From contig OZ037770.1 of NCBI GenBank assembly GCA_964035545.1, forward strand, positions 2,356,001-2,420,000: a stretch of DNA of 64,000 bases, in the 5' to 3' direction. The notes under the pieces are model-generated. The model saw only the letters and a program-made list of their open reading frames with translations, was not told where the DNA came from and ran no database searches. This DNA is from Bugula neritina. Taxonomy: Eukaryota; Animalia; Bryozoa. The translations under genes and the position numbers were made by a program. Positions 50,101 through 63,911 of the stretch are shown here, piece after piece. Every line of letters begins with the position of its first letter. The stretch's first letter is position 1.

Positions 50101-53100
50101 ATATATTTTGATTTGTATTTGAAATGTCTTAAATAACTAATCACCCACCAAACTCACATTTATTTGCTTCAAGTCTCCACCCCTGTGAGAACCCCTAATA
50201 GTGTTTCCACCCCTGTGAAATCCCCTGATAATAAGCTATTTATAATTGAACTCTTAGCCTAGGGCCACACTGTGCGTATATTAAAATCACGGGTAGCAAA
50301 GGTGTCCACTGTAGCGTCAGTGATGCGTGATAAAAAAAGCTTTCATTTTTAAATCGCACTCGCTTTCAATAAAGCGCAATTTACTGGAATATAGCACTAA
50401 ATAAAGAAATTGGGCTCGCTGAATAGCTACCAGCCAATTAGGTGACGACGACAGAGACGATTCGCACTTGCGTTGAAAATGCAGAGCGACAAGTGCGAAG
50501 GTTTTCTCAACGCGCACAGTGGACACCTTTGCTACTTGTGATTTCAATTTTCGCATGGAAAATACGCACCGTGTGGCCCTAGGCTTACTGCACCCTGCCA
50601 ACTTATTGCTTGATGACTGTTCAACTATCTAAACTCAATTTGACCTGAAGAACATGTCAGCCCAGGCCAGTGCTCTAACTTCTAAGCCAAACAATCAATT
50701 TACAAACCACAAATAGTGCTAGATGCTAAACGGCTTTTGTGGGTTAAGCTTTGGCTGTAGTAGATTATAGACTTTAGAGTAAACAGCAGTATTTAGAAAA
50801 GAAAATCACAGAAATAAACTAGACAAAGTATCAAATATTGATATAAAACACTACCCTATAACATACTAGCTATTATTTACTTATATAATACATAAAGGTT
50901 ATTACACACAAAGTCTATGACTTAATCCTTAAAATTGATCATCTGTAAAGCATTAGTCTAAATATTGTGATTGACAAGTGGAAGTTAAAGGTAGGAAGGT
51001 TTCCAAACACTTCTGAGTTTTGTATGAGTGAATACGATAAACTTTTCCTAGTCTCAGAAGTGCACATGAAGCATACACTGTTTTGCTATGCACACTGCAC
51101 GGTCACCCCAGCCTGCTTTCTATACACACACACACAAATCTACAGCCTATAAATTGCTGCCACAGCTACACAAGTCAGCATTTCATAGTTGGTAAACTAG
51201 AAAATTAACTTGTTATGAAATTTAGCTTGAATTTCTTAGCCTTGGTTCTTATGTATAGCCAATAGCTAGCTTGTTAAGGGAAGGTACCTGTTTCCACTTG
51301 AATTAGATTTAGAGTGTTTATTTTGGAATGTGGTCGTTTTGTTTCATAATCCAACACCTTCTCATATTTCAACCTCAAGCTGCCACGCTATTCATAACCA
51401 ACTGGATATTAAGTTAGCAATGCAGCATGTGCTATGAGGTACGTATTCTAAGCACATCTGATTCACTGATAATTCAACTATATACTGTCTGGTTCCACTC
51501 ATTTAACAGAAGGTGTGCTAAATTCATTACCAAATTTATAAACTTTTTTATGCTACCAGTATTTTCGTTCACAAACTCCCATTGGTAGGCTGCTGTAGCC
51601 TCCCCCCTCATCTCCCAAAAATTTTGACCGCTAGCTCTGGCTATGTTTTCAGAGATGCAGAAAAGATAATGCCCTGGAGTCAGTCAAACTTGCAGCTGGC
51701 GGACTTTGGATCATATCCTGTATTTGAGTGCAAGCATTTAGTCTATTACATCACGTCGGCGGTGTGGTTGATGACGTCATCAAAACGGTAAGTAAAAGCT
51801 GAAGAAGCAATCAATGAGGTCATAGCCTTCATCAAGTACAAGTGAATTCCCTACGTCTACCAATTCCAACGTCATCACTGAGAGCTAGACACGAGTTTTA
51901 TTACTGTGTGGGCTAACTAGACTCATTTTAACAACTCTGACCAAATTAGTCTACAGTATATCTGTTAGATCATTCACCTTTCACTCTCCCAACAACTGCA
52001 GTTAAATTACAAAAGTTTCAAATTCAAAATATTAAACTTGGGTTATGAGCAATTGAATATCTGCTCCCAAATTCAAATTAGACTACCCTGAATAATTTCT
52101 CATATTTTTACTACTTATAAATCTTGCATTGTGCTTTGGAACCAACCATCATAAAATATTTGTGTTTTATTTATAGTGCATCTATTAGTTTGCTAGTTTT
52201 GAGTGTATTGGCTGAGTTTAATAATCCTTACCTCTATCTTTAAGCTGATTGGCTAACGTCTTGATGCTAAGAGGAAGTCCCGATCTTTGTCCGGCATAGA
52301 TAACCTCGTGCTGCAAGCCGGTGTGTATCGGATAACGGCCAGACATCAACGCAGCCCGGGACGGAGTGCATACCTGTTGCACGTAATAGTTCTCCAGTCT
52401 CACACCTGTACAAATATAAGTTCATTAGCTGGACAGTACAGTAGATGTACTTTCTACCATATGTCTACTTTGTACCGTACATATACTTTGTACTGATCAA
52501 AGAACATAGTCCGACAAAAACATCACGTACCACAAACATGTCTCATTGATGTCTCAAGTAGAGCAATTGATCTCCACAACTTTCAAAATATACTTGTTTA
52601 CAGTAGCATAAACTTGTGATAGCAATAAAAGTTTTTATTTTATACACTCTTTTCTAAGTTATATTATAGCTACATGTTGGTGAAAATACAGGTACATTAT
52701 TTGTTTACTGTTGATAGCTACAGTTTGTTTTATTACTATTACTATTATCTACTCTTTTGGTTGAATACATACAATATGCATGACTAGCCATGCTACCTGC
52801 TGAAATGGAAGTACTCAAATACCTTTAGTTACACCACTAACTACAAATAATCCTAATAAATATTGTATATTGCCTGAACTTTTTTCAAACAGATAGAAGG
52901 ATTTGAATCTCATAGTATCAAGAATGGGCACTGAGTCCTTTTACAATATACACAATCTGACCAACCTTAAGAACTACAGGGCTGAATAGTGAAGTTAAAC
53001 TCTCATTTTTTATTACAAAAATTAAGAAATTACTAGCAGCAGCACTGAGTTGAGGGTGACTAAGTATAGTGGTTTGGAGTTGAGTGTACATGTACTGTTA

Positions 53101-54787
53101 CTTTGTCACCCCAACTGAGTGCTGCTTCTATAGTGTCATTCAAATGAGTGAGTAAAAGTTTCAAGTATTTATTGTTTAAAATAATATTATATATAATATT
53201 TAAAATTATTTTACCTGATTATTGCTTTATTATTTAATAACACTGGTACCATCATTTGAGCTTTTAGGAGCACCTAAACTTGATTTACTCCAAGAATACA
53301 CACACCGTACCTGTCTTAGATAAACTGTCGATATTTGGGGTCTTCACACGACTTCCGTGATAACTAACGTCATTCCAGCCGAGGTCATCAGCCAGTATGA
53401 AAACTATGTTAGGTGGGGAGGCTCCCTCACTTCCTGTTTGTGATACGGAATGACCTTTGCTGTAAAAAAGAGGCTGGTTTTATCATACAAAGTTATTCAT
53501 AGAGCATTGTACAGGCTCTTGTTTTATTGCATTGAACATGGGCTATTATACTTTGACTACAAATAGTTAGAAAATCAACAATCTACAGCAGGGCTCTCTA
53601 ACAGGAGGCCCCCAGTCTACATTTATGTGGCCCTCAATGGCATAAAACTAAAATTACTTTTCACACATTTACATGAATGAAAGTGAAAAACCACCTTTTA
53701 ACTGTCTTATCTATATATACATGCTATATAAAACATGCAGCTTGCATTGACTATTTGGATTTTATTGTGTAATGATTAATAAGAATTTGGAATAAAATAA
53801 CTTGAAAAATGCGGACATTGCGCCCCCACAACAAGCTTAACTTAACAATGCATGTGGCCCTCGCCATCAGAATATTCCCTTTCAGTGGCCCTCGCTCTGA
53901 AAAGGTTAGACACCCCTGATCTAGAGGCTTTTTACTAGAATTCAAAGCTGTTCGAATTTTAATACTCAATAGAATGCAGTATGTTTAATAAGTACATTTA
54001 TACAGATTATAATGGTCACATTTTTAACATTTCTACATCACAAAGAGGCATAGCTAATATAGGAGATAGTTTTAACTGGGTCATCAACTGAATGCGGACT
54101 CAATGATCAACTTGGGTCATGAGCATTTCTGGCACTGAGCCCACATCCTGACCAGCTGTCCAATAAAAACAGCTTAAAATGTTTTGGTTTAAGGAAGAAA
54201 CTTTTGGCAGAGGCAAAGTTTATATGCTGAGGAGCCTTTTTAAACAAACGTTGATGGTCCGACAAGACATCTATGTGGTGGCCAGTTTATATTTTGACCT
54301 CAATGATGATTTCTTAACCCTTAAACCTTGAAAGTTAAATGTACTTGTACTTGGTACACGAAAAATTCTCAACTCAGCCTTTAAACTCTTATGTGTGGCT
54401 ATATTTTTAGCAGTCAATTAATTATTGTTTGCATTAAAATGTTCAAAAGTTCCAAGAGTAGGTATAACAAGAACATAAAACAGGTAAGGAAGTCTTGGAA
54501 TCTAATATTTTATATTTATAGATGAAATGCAATATAAAATATTCAACTTTATAATATTTTTCATTTTTAATAATAAAAATAAAACAATTTTATTACTACC
54601 ACTACCAGTGAAATAGAGTTTATTATAACCTAAAAGTACATGGCTGCATGAGCTACAGAGAACAGCTATATGTATGCACAGTATTGTTAAACATAACTCA
54701 GCTAAAATAAAAAACCGTGAAAATTCATTTAATTTACCTTTGGCATACAAGAGCTGTCAGAACGGAGAAGATAAGTATTCGCCACAT
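44130..54787 (-). CDS. ARSB: Arylsulfatase B-like (ARSB/ARSI/ARSJ subfamily) sulfatase, complete, 12 exons, ~595 aa
   Basis: Minus-strand exons 54787-54738 (signal peptide [16 protein letters not shown]), 53459-53311 ([21 protein letters not shown]), 52405-52232 (formylglycine motif [21 protein letters not shown]), 49623-49522 (GKWHLG), 49099-48879 ([16 protein letters not shown]), 48506-48397, 47723-47596 ([23 protein letters not shown]), 46915-46673 (HISDWYPT), 46247-46148 ([15 protein letters not shown]), 45644-45492, 44853-44712 ([11 protein letters not shown]) and 44345-44130 (GAWKPW, TGA). Total 1788 nt with all phases consistent. Exact orthology within ARSB/I/J cannot be resolved by eye. 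Confidence 0.95.
47353..47423 (-). pseudogene. tRNA-derived fragment (pseudo-tRNA or SINE head)
   Basis: Minus strand GGTTCAGTGGTGTAATGGTTAG...GAGGTCCCTGGATCAATTCCACGTGGAGGA has A- and B-box-like motifs at tRNA spacing, but the acceptor stem does not pair. Confidence 0.55.
47713..47858 (-). repeat. 34-bp tandem repeat x4 containing the acceptor of arylsulfatase exon 7
   Basis: Plus-strand unit CTAAACAGGAAGTATGTCATGAAACGTAAAATAG at 47724, 47758, 47792 and 47826. On the sense strand this reads ...TTCCTGTTTAG|. Confidence 0.92.
48133..48317 (-). mobile_element. Degenerate SINE copy
   Basis: On the minus strand, head GAGCAGTGGTTGTCTAATAGTAGGAGCACAAGCCTAGTGACATGAG and tail ATCAGGGGCTCTCACAGGGGTGGATACTTTAAACT resemble the SINE at 2063. 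Confidence 0.6.
50171..50690 (-). mobile_element. Degenerate SINE-like element with a duplicated 3' tail, interrupted by a MITE
   Basis: On the minus strand, tRNA-like head TGGCTTAGAAGTTAGAGCACTGGCCT near 50690, and two tandem tail motifs AGGGG(TTC/ATT)TCACAGGGGTGGA at 50171-50230. Confidence 0.5.
50257..50584 (-). mobile_element. PIF/Harbinger (Tourist-like) MITE, copy 1
   Basis: TIR GCCTAGGGCCACAC(T/G)GTGCGTA with perfect 3-bp TSD TTA/TTA. It is a near-identical inverted copy of 61376-61719, with a ~15-bp deletion in one TIR. Confidence 0.92.
53589..53918 (-). mobile_element. Non-autonomous hAT-type MITE (same family as 42204-42540)
   Basis: Ends CAGGGCTCTCTAAC / GTTAGACACCCCTG; 8-bp TSD ATCTACAG / ATCTAGAG (NTCTAGAN-type, typical of hAT/Charlie). 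Confidence 0.85.
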
Positions 54788-57700
54788 ACTGGTGGGGCAG
54801 CAGCAGCTTTAGCTAGTCTCTTCGTCAGCAGAAATAATCTTGCAGTAGCAACAGCCAAACACTTACTTTTATATTAAACTCAATCAACCAATCAAACTTC
54901 GAGAATGAAATCAGACAGTTTATGGATACAGATTGAAGGCGGAATTGTATTGCGAAATGTTTGTTCAACTTTAAGTATCATTTTCAAATTTATAGCAAAT
55001 GAATTCCGTAAGATAATAAATTTTTATTAGTACTGAATGACGAATGTACATAATAATTGCATGGCATTATGCGTTCCATACTATAAATATTTCAGATTTC
55101 AACTAAAATTTATATTCTAACATATTTTTATATAATTACCAAGGCTGATATATTACCCTTGTATTACCATGAGTTGGTAAATTAAGAAAAATTAATGCTT
55201 TGATAATTTTTTAGTTACTTGTAGTTCTTGTACTCTGTTTTTGCCACCTAAAATACAATTGCAACGAATGACTTTTATTCACACTACGACTTGAATAAAT
55301 CTTTTCATATTCATGGTGAAAACAACTCCTGTGATCCTGAAGGTCATTCAATTTTGCGGTAACGTTTGATAGTCGAAAAATCAAGTTAAATTGGAGGAAA
55401 ACCTTTGCTACGTAAATTTTTCAAAGCATGCAGAATAATTCAGTTTGTGTTGAGCTGTTATACGTTGGTTGAGATGTATAACTCAACCAAGGTATAACTT
55501 TAGGACTATGTTCATGACTGTCAAAATAGCTATGTCTTCGGATAGTTCACAAGAAGTTTGCAATAACTAAGTTTCCACTTACAAATAACAAATGCTATTC
55601 GCGCTGCTGCAGAAGTTAAATTTTATTAGTTAGACAAAATCATTCATCAATCAACTTTTTTAGTTTGTAGATCCTCTTTCTACTCTTCATATTTATCACT
55701 CAAGAGTTTGATCTAAATTTTGACCTTAAATTTTGCTGATGGCTCATAGTTTTGCTGCTTGCAGTGGCGCAGGGAAACAATTGTAGGTTTTCACTTACTT
55801 TATCAAGTAGGTGCGGAATTGCAGCTTTTTATAATAGCCATTGAACTCTAGCACGAATAGTTGTTCTGGTAAGAAATGAAGCGATTCAAATTACAAACGC
55901 AAATCCAAAATTAAAATGTGTCAATCCAACTGCAGCATATTTTAAACAATGCTAACATCGACAACATTTTATTTTGCAATTTTGAAGCCCATATTTGTTT
56001 AAAGTGAATAACTGTTAATTTAAAACACACTAACAGCTTCAGTACAGAATTTTGGGTCATCAAGAAAGAACACAGAAAATTTGTACTCTGTGCAAAACTT
56101 TATGACGTTAAATCATCCTATTTGCATTTCAAACAGCAGGCGCAGGTTGAAATAAGTTACAAAGAATCGAGAGGAGATAACTCATTTGATTTTACTATAG
56201 AGCTGTTGAAACAAAATGGCGGCAGTAACTTTCAATATGTTGACAAGTAAGATTGTATCCAAAATTATTATAGTTATAAAAAAAGTACGCTAACCACAAC
56301 TTTTTGCAGTTTTTGCATTTCGGGCTCATAAGTACACGCCATGACCTCAGGCATGCTGAGGTGATCAATACTCATTTCGGTACAGAATTTAAGAGCAAAA
56401 ACTGACAAATGCAACACACCGTCTAGTAGAACAGACTACTAGTACATAGGATCCTGTAGTGCGGTTACAGAATTCCACAACAATTGGGAAGGGACGGTAC
56501 TAGTCCTCGTTCGTTACTAAAATTTGCTGTTTGTAGAAACTCGGCTAAAAGCTTCAGACTACGTATCTTATAGGCGCCTACGTATTTCCGATTGCATCGT
56601 TGCGCCAAAACTACCAAGGGGATCAACAAAACCACCTTTAAATAAATTTTTTCGAATCATGATCAGCTGTTGACGTGAGAAATACAATTATAAATAACAG
56701 GAACATTATTATGGCGAGATGCTGAGGGTTGGTTATACCTTTTGGCACTTGAGTAGCTGAATGAACAGGTGAACAAAGTTGGAAAGTTGCAGCCAATATA
56801 TTTATAATGTTTTAAACAGATAAAGAGATACCTGACAGGTCAAATGGAGCTTCAGTATTACCTGCTTCAAGGTCACTTCCAGTGTTTCAATACAACTTCA
56901 AGGTTAAAGCTTCCAAGCATTATAGCTGCCATGATATTTGTACAAAATTATATGTTAGTCGAAAGTATTCTAGGTAGAGAAATAAATTTTTAGCAGAAAT
57001 ATGCGAAATTATCTACATCCTGTGTGAAGGGCTAAAGGTTGTACGGCTCAGGTCGCTTGGAATTCTTTTTAGAAAGCCTAAGACTATATTTTTCCTGTAA
57101 AACAAGGCCAGTTTTTCAATGTACGTTTATATAAAAAACAATGATGGTCTTCAAAACCGTACCAATAAATAGCTATAAGAAATCATGCCATCGAAATGAT
57201 GTTGATATCATATTTTCCACTCAACTTTTTATAACAGATATAGCTGTTTTCATTGCACAAACACAAAGAAGAATTTCTTTAAGTTTTAATAAGTATGGAT
57301 TCGATTGTATAAGTTTCAGTCTAGTTGACACATATATTTTATGCCGCGTGTTATTGTAAAATTCAGAACTCACTATTCTTTTTATTTATCTGCAGAAATT
57401 ATGTTTCCACTGTAAATAGTATGGGTTTTACTAACTTCAGCTTCATATTTACTACTTCAGGAGTTTGGAATACCACTTCCATTTATTGGAAAAATAATGT
57501 TATCTATATTAACATTTACTATAATAACTGTTTTTTCTTGTTTTAAGGATATAGCAAACAAAATATGCACTACTTCCAGACATCCTACAAAATATCACCC
57601 TATAACTTTCCTGGAATGTATTGGATTGTAACCAGGAATCTATATATATACTCTCACTAGCTTTTCACTAAATCCTTGAGCCGCTTGACAACCTAGAAAT

Positions 57701-58859
57701 AACACTAGTTTGCATGCACTTATAGAATCAGGACTCAACATCCTTTTGGCATGCAAGTTCTTGCTATATGAACACGTGCAGAGTAGCAATATTGAGTTTG
57801 TTTAGAAAATTGAATAAAAATATACAGTAAGTACCTCATGAGGTTAAAATAGGTTATTCAGGGTGGTAAGGAGTTGTCTTTCCATCGACACGTGAAACAA
57901 GTATATTTTTACTCAGGAAACAGGACACAAAACTTTCAATTAACACAGCAAAAAGTTGTTTTCAAAAAAATGTAGTCATAGCTAACAGTCGGCTAAGTTG
58001 GACGGCTCGTGTTTCCACACAAACTAGAAGCTGGACAAAGGGAATTTCTGCCGCACACTAACATAATGCCTGGGAAACTTTCCTTGAGTAGAGCAATGTA
58101 AAAATATCGCGTGATGCGTGCACGTGATCTGCATACACTACCGGAGCAATGTCTTTGGTTATTCACCGAGATACAATCCAAAGTAACCAATCATTACTGC
58201 ATTTCTGTTTACTGACACATATTCAGCCAGATAAAAATCCAAAATAAATAAGAAAATCAACACATAATGATGGCGGCAGCGACAAATGCTTTCTCAAATG
58301 TGACCTTGAAGACAAGCTCTATGTAATATCGGTTAAAGAGGTCAATTCCTCCACAGAAACATTAGGTGGTTAGCCTTGAATGGTCTATCACCTTGACATT
58401 TAGTTTTAGAACTTACAGTCCACTTTGCATATATATTCAGCCGTAACTTAGAAACACAACTTCTTGGTTATGTACACGTATGTAACTACAGCAACAGCTA
58501 GAACACTAGCATGGCACTGGTCCAATAACATAGGTTACAATCTAGAACATAGATAGACAAACGTATTGCACAATCACTGATGTATACTCAATTAGAAAAG
58601 CTTTTTCCTGAAACAAATGATGTTGAAATCAAAAGTACCCTCCAGAACTCTAAGTACACACGTCAAAGTCTCAAATTAGAAAGCCTTTCTTAGGTGCGTC
58701 TGAACAGTCTGGGTGTAAAAATAACTTGCAGACGTATGAATCAATAAGAAGAGAAGTGAAGTAACGATAAATATATTTATACCAGGACAATATTGCAACA
58801 TAACTAAATACATCACATAAACAGTGCATAAACTTTAAATAACTACAGACAATATACAA

Positions 58860-61800
58860 TCAAGTGTTTTTAACTGAAGAATCTCGATTAGTCTGGGTTC
58901 TTTGAAAGCAGCATAAATCAGGGTGGGGAGATGAGGGCCGCCGTCTTTGCCTTGCTCCACCAGCATAGGACCTCAGGCTTTTCTTCACCGAAGGCTTTGA
59001 GAGTTGCTTGCGAACTTGAGTGTTATTCGACTCTCTCACACAGCCATCCTTCATGTAAGCAGCAGAATTATTAAAGTTAGATTCGGCGTTTGTCTGCCCC
59101 TGTACCTAGACATAGAACACGGGCTAGGCATCACTAAGGTCAAACAAACGAGGAAACCTTTGTAAAGGACTTGCACATACAACTTGACTGCTACTATATC
59201 TCATATAGTAGCAGTCACAACAAACTTCGCCTAAGCTTTTAACCTTAAAATTCTCCTTAAGAATAAAATAACCAATTACTCCTGCGGTATTTTAACAATA
59301 AAATAGAATTTTAAATCAAATGACCAATTACAAACGTTCATTTATTATATAAATTTTCACATTTTATGAAATTCTCTGATGAACTGAAAGAAACGTCTTA
59401 GAAATAAAGTAATAACTACTTTCACCAGCCTAACTGTTGGCGCCACAAGAAAAACAGTGAATCCACTTATAAACTAACAACTTCCTTATCTATGAATCAT
59501 CTCATCCGCTATAAAAAAAATCAAAGACTTAAAAACCGTGTTACTTGCCGAATAAAATGAAAGGTTATGAAACAGAAGCAAAGTACAGGCCAAAAAAAAC
59601 ACAGCCTAAGGTCCAACTTACCCACAAGTCCACGTGTGGGGACATCCACTGGGCAACCCCGCGCTCTTGTGAAGATTTGCAGCTACCGCACGAACTTCTT
59701 TCCTTCCCTCCTTTTGCTAAACTTTTACCTGTGAATTTTAATTTGAATTTAATGAGCGATGAATGTGGCAATATGATAATAGGTCAGCGGTGATTTTGGC
59801 AGCAGAAATGCTGTCACTTGCCAAGAAAACTTCAAACAGGATGCTGGACTATGCCAGCAACTTGAGGTTTCAACAATCTCAACTTCAAATTACTTAACCT
59901 AAACAAAAATTAAAACTACTTTGAAAAATAATGATGAGAAGTTACCTTCTCCCTGTGAGAATATCATTACCTGGCTCAGAACGAGTGTTCTCCCTAAACC
60001 TGGAGGGGTGGGATGGCTGAAGGGTCTCCCTAGACAGAGAATAGGGTAGAGACCCACAATGAGGGCACCGTTCGTATCTGGTAGACGAAGGCATGGTGAA
60101 TGAGGGCTTCTTGCTCTGACGTTTGGTTGAAGTTCTTTTGGGTCTGAGACACTCCGGGCTGCTGGCAATCTCTGATGCCGTAGACATCGGTGGAATGAGG
60201 CTTTCATCCTTGAACGACCTGCGGAGCAAAAAATGATTTCATGTCACGTTTATTACTACAACATAATTTGGAGTTGTCGTTAGTCTTAGAGAAAAATCGC
60301 GTAGAGTCATGAACACAATTGAAAACACATAATACATAAATCAATAATAAATATTGATAGAAAAGCATTGGACAAAAAAATCACACTTATTTCAAAATTA
60401 GAAAACAAACTTTCATCAAAATTTTACAACTTATTCATTTAAATTCTGCCTAAACATTAGATGACAGCACAAAATGACAGCACTGAGGTATTTGAATGCA
60501 TGTTTATTGTCTATAATATAGACAATATATTATGACAATATAACAATATGTTACAGCAATCTCAATGTACAAAGTTAGCTAAAGACTCAACCCAAAAGCT
60601 ACACCAAAGACTGTAGTAACTGAGAAGGTTAAATGAAGGTGAATAGCCTACAAGTAGAGGTACGAGCTCAGTCTAAACTCTATCAATGGAGAAATCAGCT
60701 AAAACTAAGCAATAGCTTACAATAACCTGTCTTTCTACTTTTAGTAAGATATCTCTAACTTATGCATTGAGGGTGGCAACTGTTATATTAGTAGTTATCA
60801 TCTCTCTAAATCTGTTTTAATATAGAAGGGGGAGGAGGGAGAGGAATTTACACCACTGAGCAATGGCTAGAGATTGCAATTTGCAAATCATTATTTATGA
60901 GGACATCTCCAAGTAAGCATTGAAGTTACGACACAACCCCTCCCCCCTGCTCCTCACAAATCGGGCAGCTGGCAGCAACCAATGAAATTAAATCACAGCT
61001 GATATTTTGTTAGACACAGACTACAGACTAACATAAGACGACTATGACGTAACACGAGACGATGCACATTACTGGATAGCTACTGTAAGAGCTCACTGTT
61101 ACCTGCAGAACATGGCACTGAACCTCTTCCAGGGGTTTAGATAAACTGAGGCAATTAGAAGTTAGAAAAATAAACTATTAGACAATTGTTGTTGGCATAA
61201 CAAGGTGTGGTAGCATAACAAGATGACGGATAGTTGGTACATGGAATATGAACATGAGCGGTTGATGCACACAATATCAGGTGATGACATCACGACAGGT
61301 ATTTGCTCCACGGACAAACTAAACCTACTCCACAGTAAATCTCCTACGGTTTTAGGGAAATAATTTCCACACTAAGCCTAGGGCCACACGGTGCGTATTT
61401 TCGCATGCGAAAATTGAAATCACAAGTAGCAAAGGAGTCCACTGTACGCGTTGAGAAAACCTTCGCACTTGTCGCTCTGCATTCTCAACGCAAGTGCGAA
61501 TCGTCTCTGTCGTCGTCACCTAATTGGCTGGTAGCTATTCAGCGAGCCCAATTTCTTTATTTTAGTGCTATATTCCAGTAAATTGCGTTTTATTGAAAGC
61601 GAGTGCGATTTAAAAATGAAAGCTTTATTTATCACGCATCACTGACGCTACAGTGGACACCTTTGCTACTCGTGACTTTAATTTTCGCATGTGAAAATAC
61701 GCACAGTGTGGCCCTAGGCTAACTCCGTAGAGATCAAATAATGTGGGATTGCCATGGTAACATGATAGACTTAGCTGCAAGCTATATCACTACATATTGC

Positions 61801-63911
61801 GGGCATTATAATGACCCCCGACCTGTTGGCGTAGAGAAAGGCCCTAGGGCTAGTCACTCCGTCAACAATAGAGCTGCTCCGACTCAAATGCTTCTTCCGA
61901 GGTGGTTTCTGCGGCAAGTAGCCATCTTTAAAAGTGGAATCCAGAGAATAGACTGAGCTCCCGGCCTCTCTGAAACATAACTAGGGCTATAACTAACTTG
62001 CGCACATAAAGAAGACAACTTAAACTACTGCAAAAAATGTTCTGTTCATTCAGTAACTGAGGGAAACACGGCTGAATAACAATTCTGTAAACTTCATTGA
62101 AATGTGAGTTTTCAATTCAAGCGCAGGGGTAAAAAATCAGACAACTCCTAATGACTAACGGCAGCAGGGAAACAAAGAAGCTGACGTGATATAATCATGT
62201 GATCAGTAACATTATATACCAAACTCAAAGCTCACTACCAAACATACTAGAGTAGTGATACAGAACACACGGTGCCTATTCTATTCTATGAAAGTTACTC
62301 AGAACTTTTTAGAAATAAAATAACAGAAGGTATGAAGGCTACTCATAGCGACTAACCTGTTAGCAGGAGACGGCAGAGCAGATGACCTTGAGATCTCAGG
62401 CTTACTGCTAGCCGGGTGGGGTGGCTGTGAATTCGTACCGATAGAATTGTCACCTGATGTCTCCTCACCAGTTTCTTTCTGGTATACAAAGGCATATATT
62501 TGCTATAGCCGTTATAAAAGTCAATTGAAACGAAAGCAAGAAAATAGTGCCAGGAAGTTTTACTTCGAATTTTTACAAAATGCATTGGGGAGACAAATCC
62601 TCGCGGACTATACACTTAGCAGGTATCACATCGTACAGATAAATAGCAGTACGGAAAACTAGACTCACAATGACTGGCAAAAATGTCCACATGTAACTGT
62701 AACTATCAAATTATGTCAGTCAATTACAAACAAACTACTTTTCTACAATCATCCTCGTGACGAAACACATAACGATAAATCTACAAACCCTGTGAGAGTC
62801 TCTCCCCGGATTGACGATTTTATCGATAAATTCTTTTTTAGCCTTGACCTCTGCCTTTATCAAAGAGGGCGGTACAATGCTCGTCTCATCCTTAGCAGAG
62901 TTGAAAGTGCGAGGTACTGAGGCTATGTTGCTGCTTGTAGTAGGCAATACCATGACTCCCAGCTTACTCATGCTCTTTGGTGCTGAAGGAACAAAACTAT
63001 GGCTACATAATTGACGATGATCATACACTAGAAGGAGTTTATATAATAATAATACTCGGCTGATAACTGATATATAAATATCATAAAAGGTCAAGGTCAG
63101 TTGCAAACTAGTTTCTAAATCAAACATAGATGAAAAAAATCAAACTAGAGTGTAGTTAGTGAGAAGAAGTGTTACCATTAAAAAATCAAAAATTAGACAA
63201 CAGATAAACAAATTTTAAAGTACTAAGTGAGAGAAACTCGAATCTATGTGTTTCATATATTACATGAATAAAAACAACTACTATGTTTTGACAACAGCAT
63301 TAGTTATTAGGTTGCCAGTATTTTAAAAGTAAAAACCTATTAGAAAATTAGCAATGAGTTTAGAGAGCAGCAGAACCCTATGTAAGCTGTTGAAGAACTT
63401 GAACAAATTCATTTTTCTCCTGTTATATAAAAAGAAATAAAAAAAATCTGAACAATTGTGGGAAAATTTTAAAAATTAGGATAATATTCAAATGAATTTA
63501 TATGAATAAACTTGATGAAACAATGAATGGCATTTTACTAGAAAAATATATTTTGTCCACTGTGAGGTTTTATCTCACAAATCCTTCCTGAATGATTAAA
63601 TTTAGCAAAAACTAACAAGTAAAACTTGGCATTCGCTTTATTGTGAGAAGTTTCGACCATTAAACGTGCATATGTTGGTCTGCTTCAACAGTTTCACCAA
63701 TTTCTCATCATATGCACATTCCATATATCAACTATAAAATCACCTGATTGTGCCGTGGAGTTATCTGCCTTAACAGGAGTAAGTTGAGCGTCTGGTGTGG
63801 TGGTGGCAGATTTCGGAGGTTGTCTCCCCTGCACGTCAGTGACCGCACTCTCCGGCTTGCCATCTGCTGGTAAACTGCTCCACACAGACAGGAAAACCTT
63901 AGGAGCTGACT
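58860..63911 (-). CDS. Uncharacterized S/P/K/R-rich protein, 5'-partial (continues beyond the window), 7 exons, ~418 aa visible (gene E)
   Basis: Minus-strand exons 63911-63744, 62982-62789, 62502 (or 62478)-62357, 61969-61823, 60218-59971, 59728-59622 and 59105-58860 (TGA). GT-AG, phases 1,0,2,2,1,0 consistent. It incorporates ORFs 63694, 62735, 59942, 59565 and 58860. No recognisable domain. Confidence 0.75.
61376..61719 (+). mobile_element. PIF/Harbinger (Tourist-like) MITE, copy 2
   Basis: ~70-bp imperfect TIRs beginning GCCTAGGGCCACAC, with perfect TSD TAA/TAA. Confidence 0.93.

Noticed and set aside
50317-50601. 94-aa ORF as a possible transposase
   Set aside because: It lies within a 328-bp non-autonomous MITE and has no DDE or Myb-like motifs. 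The same applies to ORF 53751-53969 in the hAT MITE.
54095-54155. Possible intronic C/D box snoRNA (ATGATCA...CTGA)
   Set aside because: The C box is imperfect, there is no clear terminal stem, and it is antisense to the host arylsulfatase transcript.
57657-57692. Possible alternative last exon of gene E (TTTCTAG|VVKRLKDLVKS*)
   Set aside because: It is phase-compatible but too short to distinguish from chance.
61103-61147. Possible 43-nt exon in gene E (CTCAG|...CTGCAG|GTAAC)
   Set aside because: Inclusion shifts the frame to an immediate stop, and the flanking exons already join in phase. It could be a poison exon, but nothing supports that.
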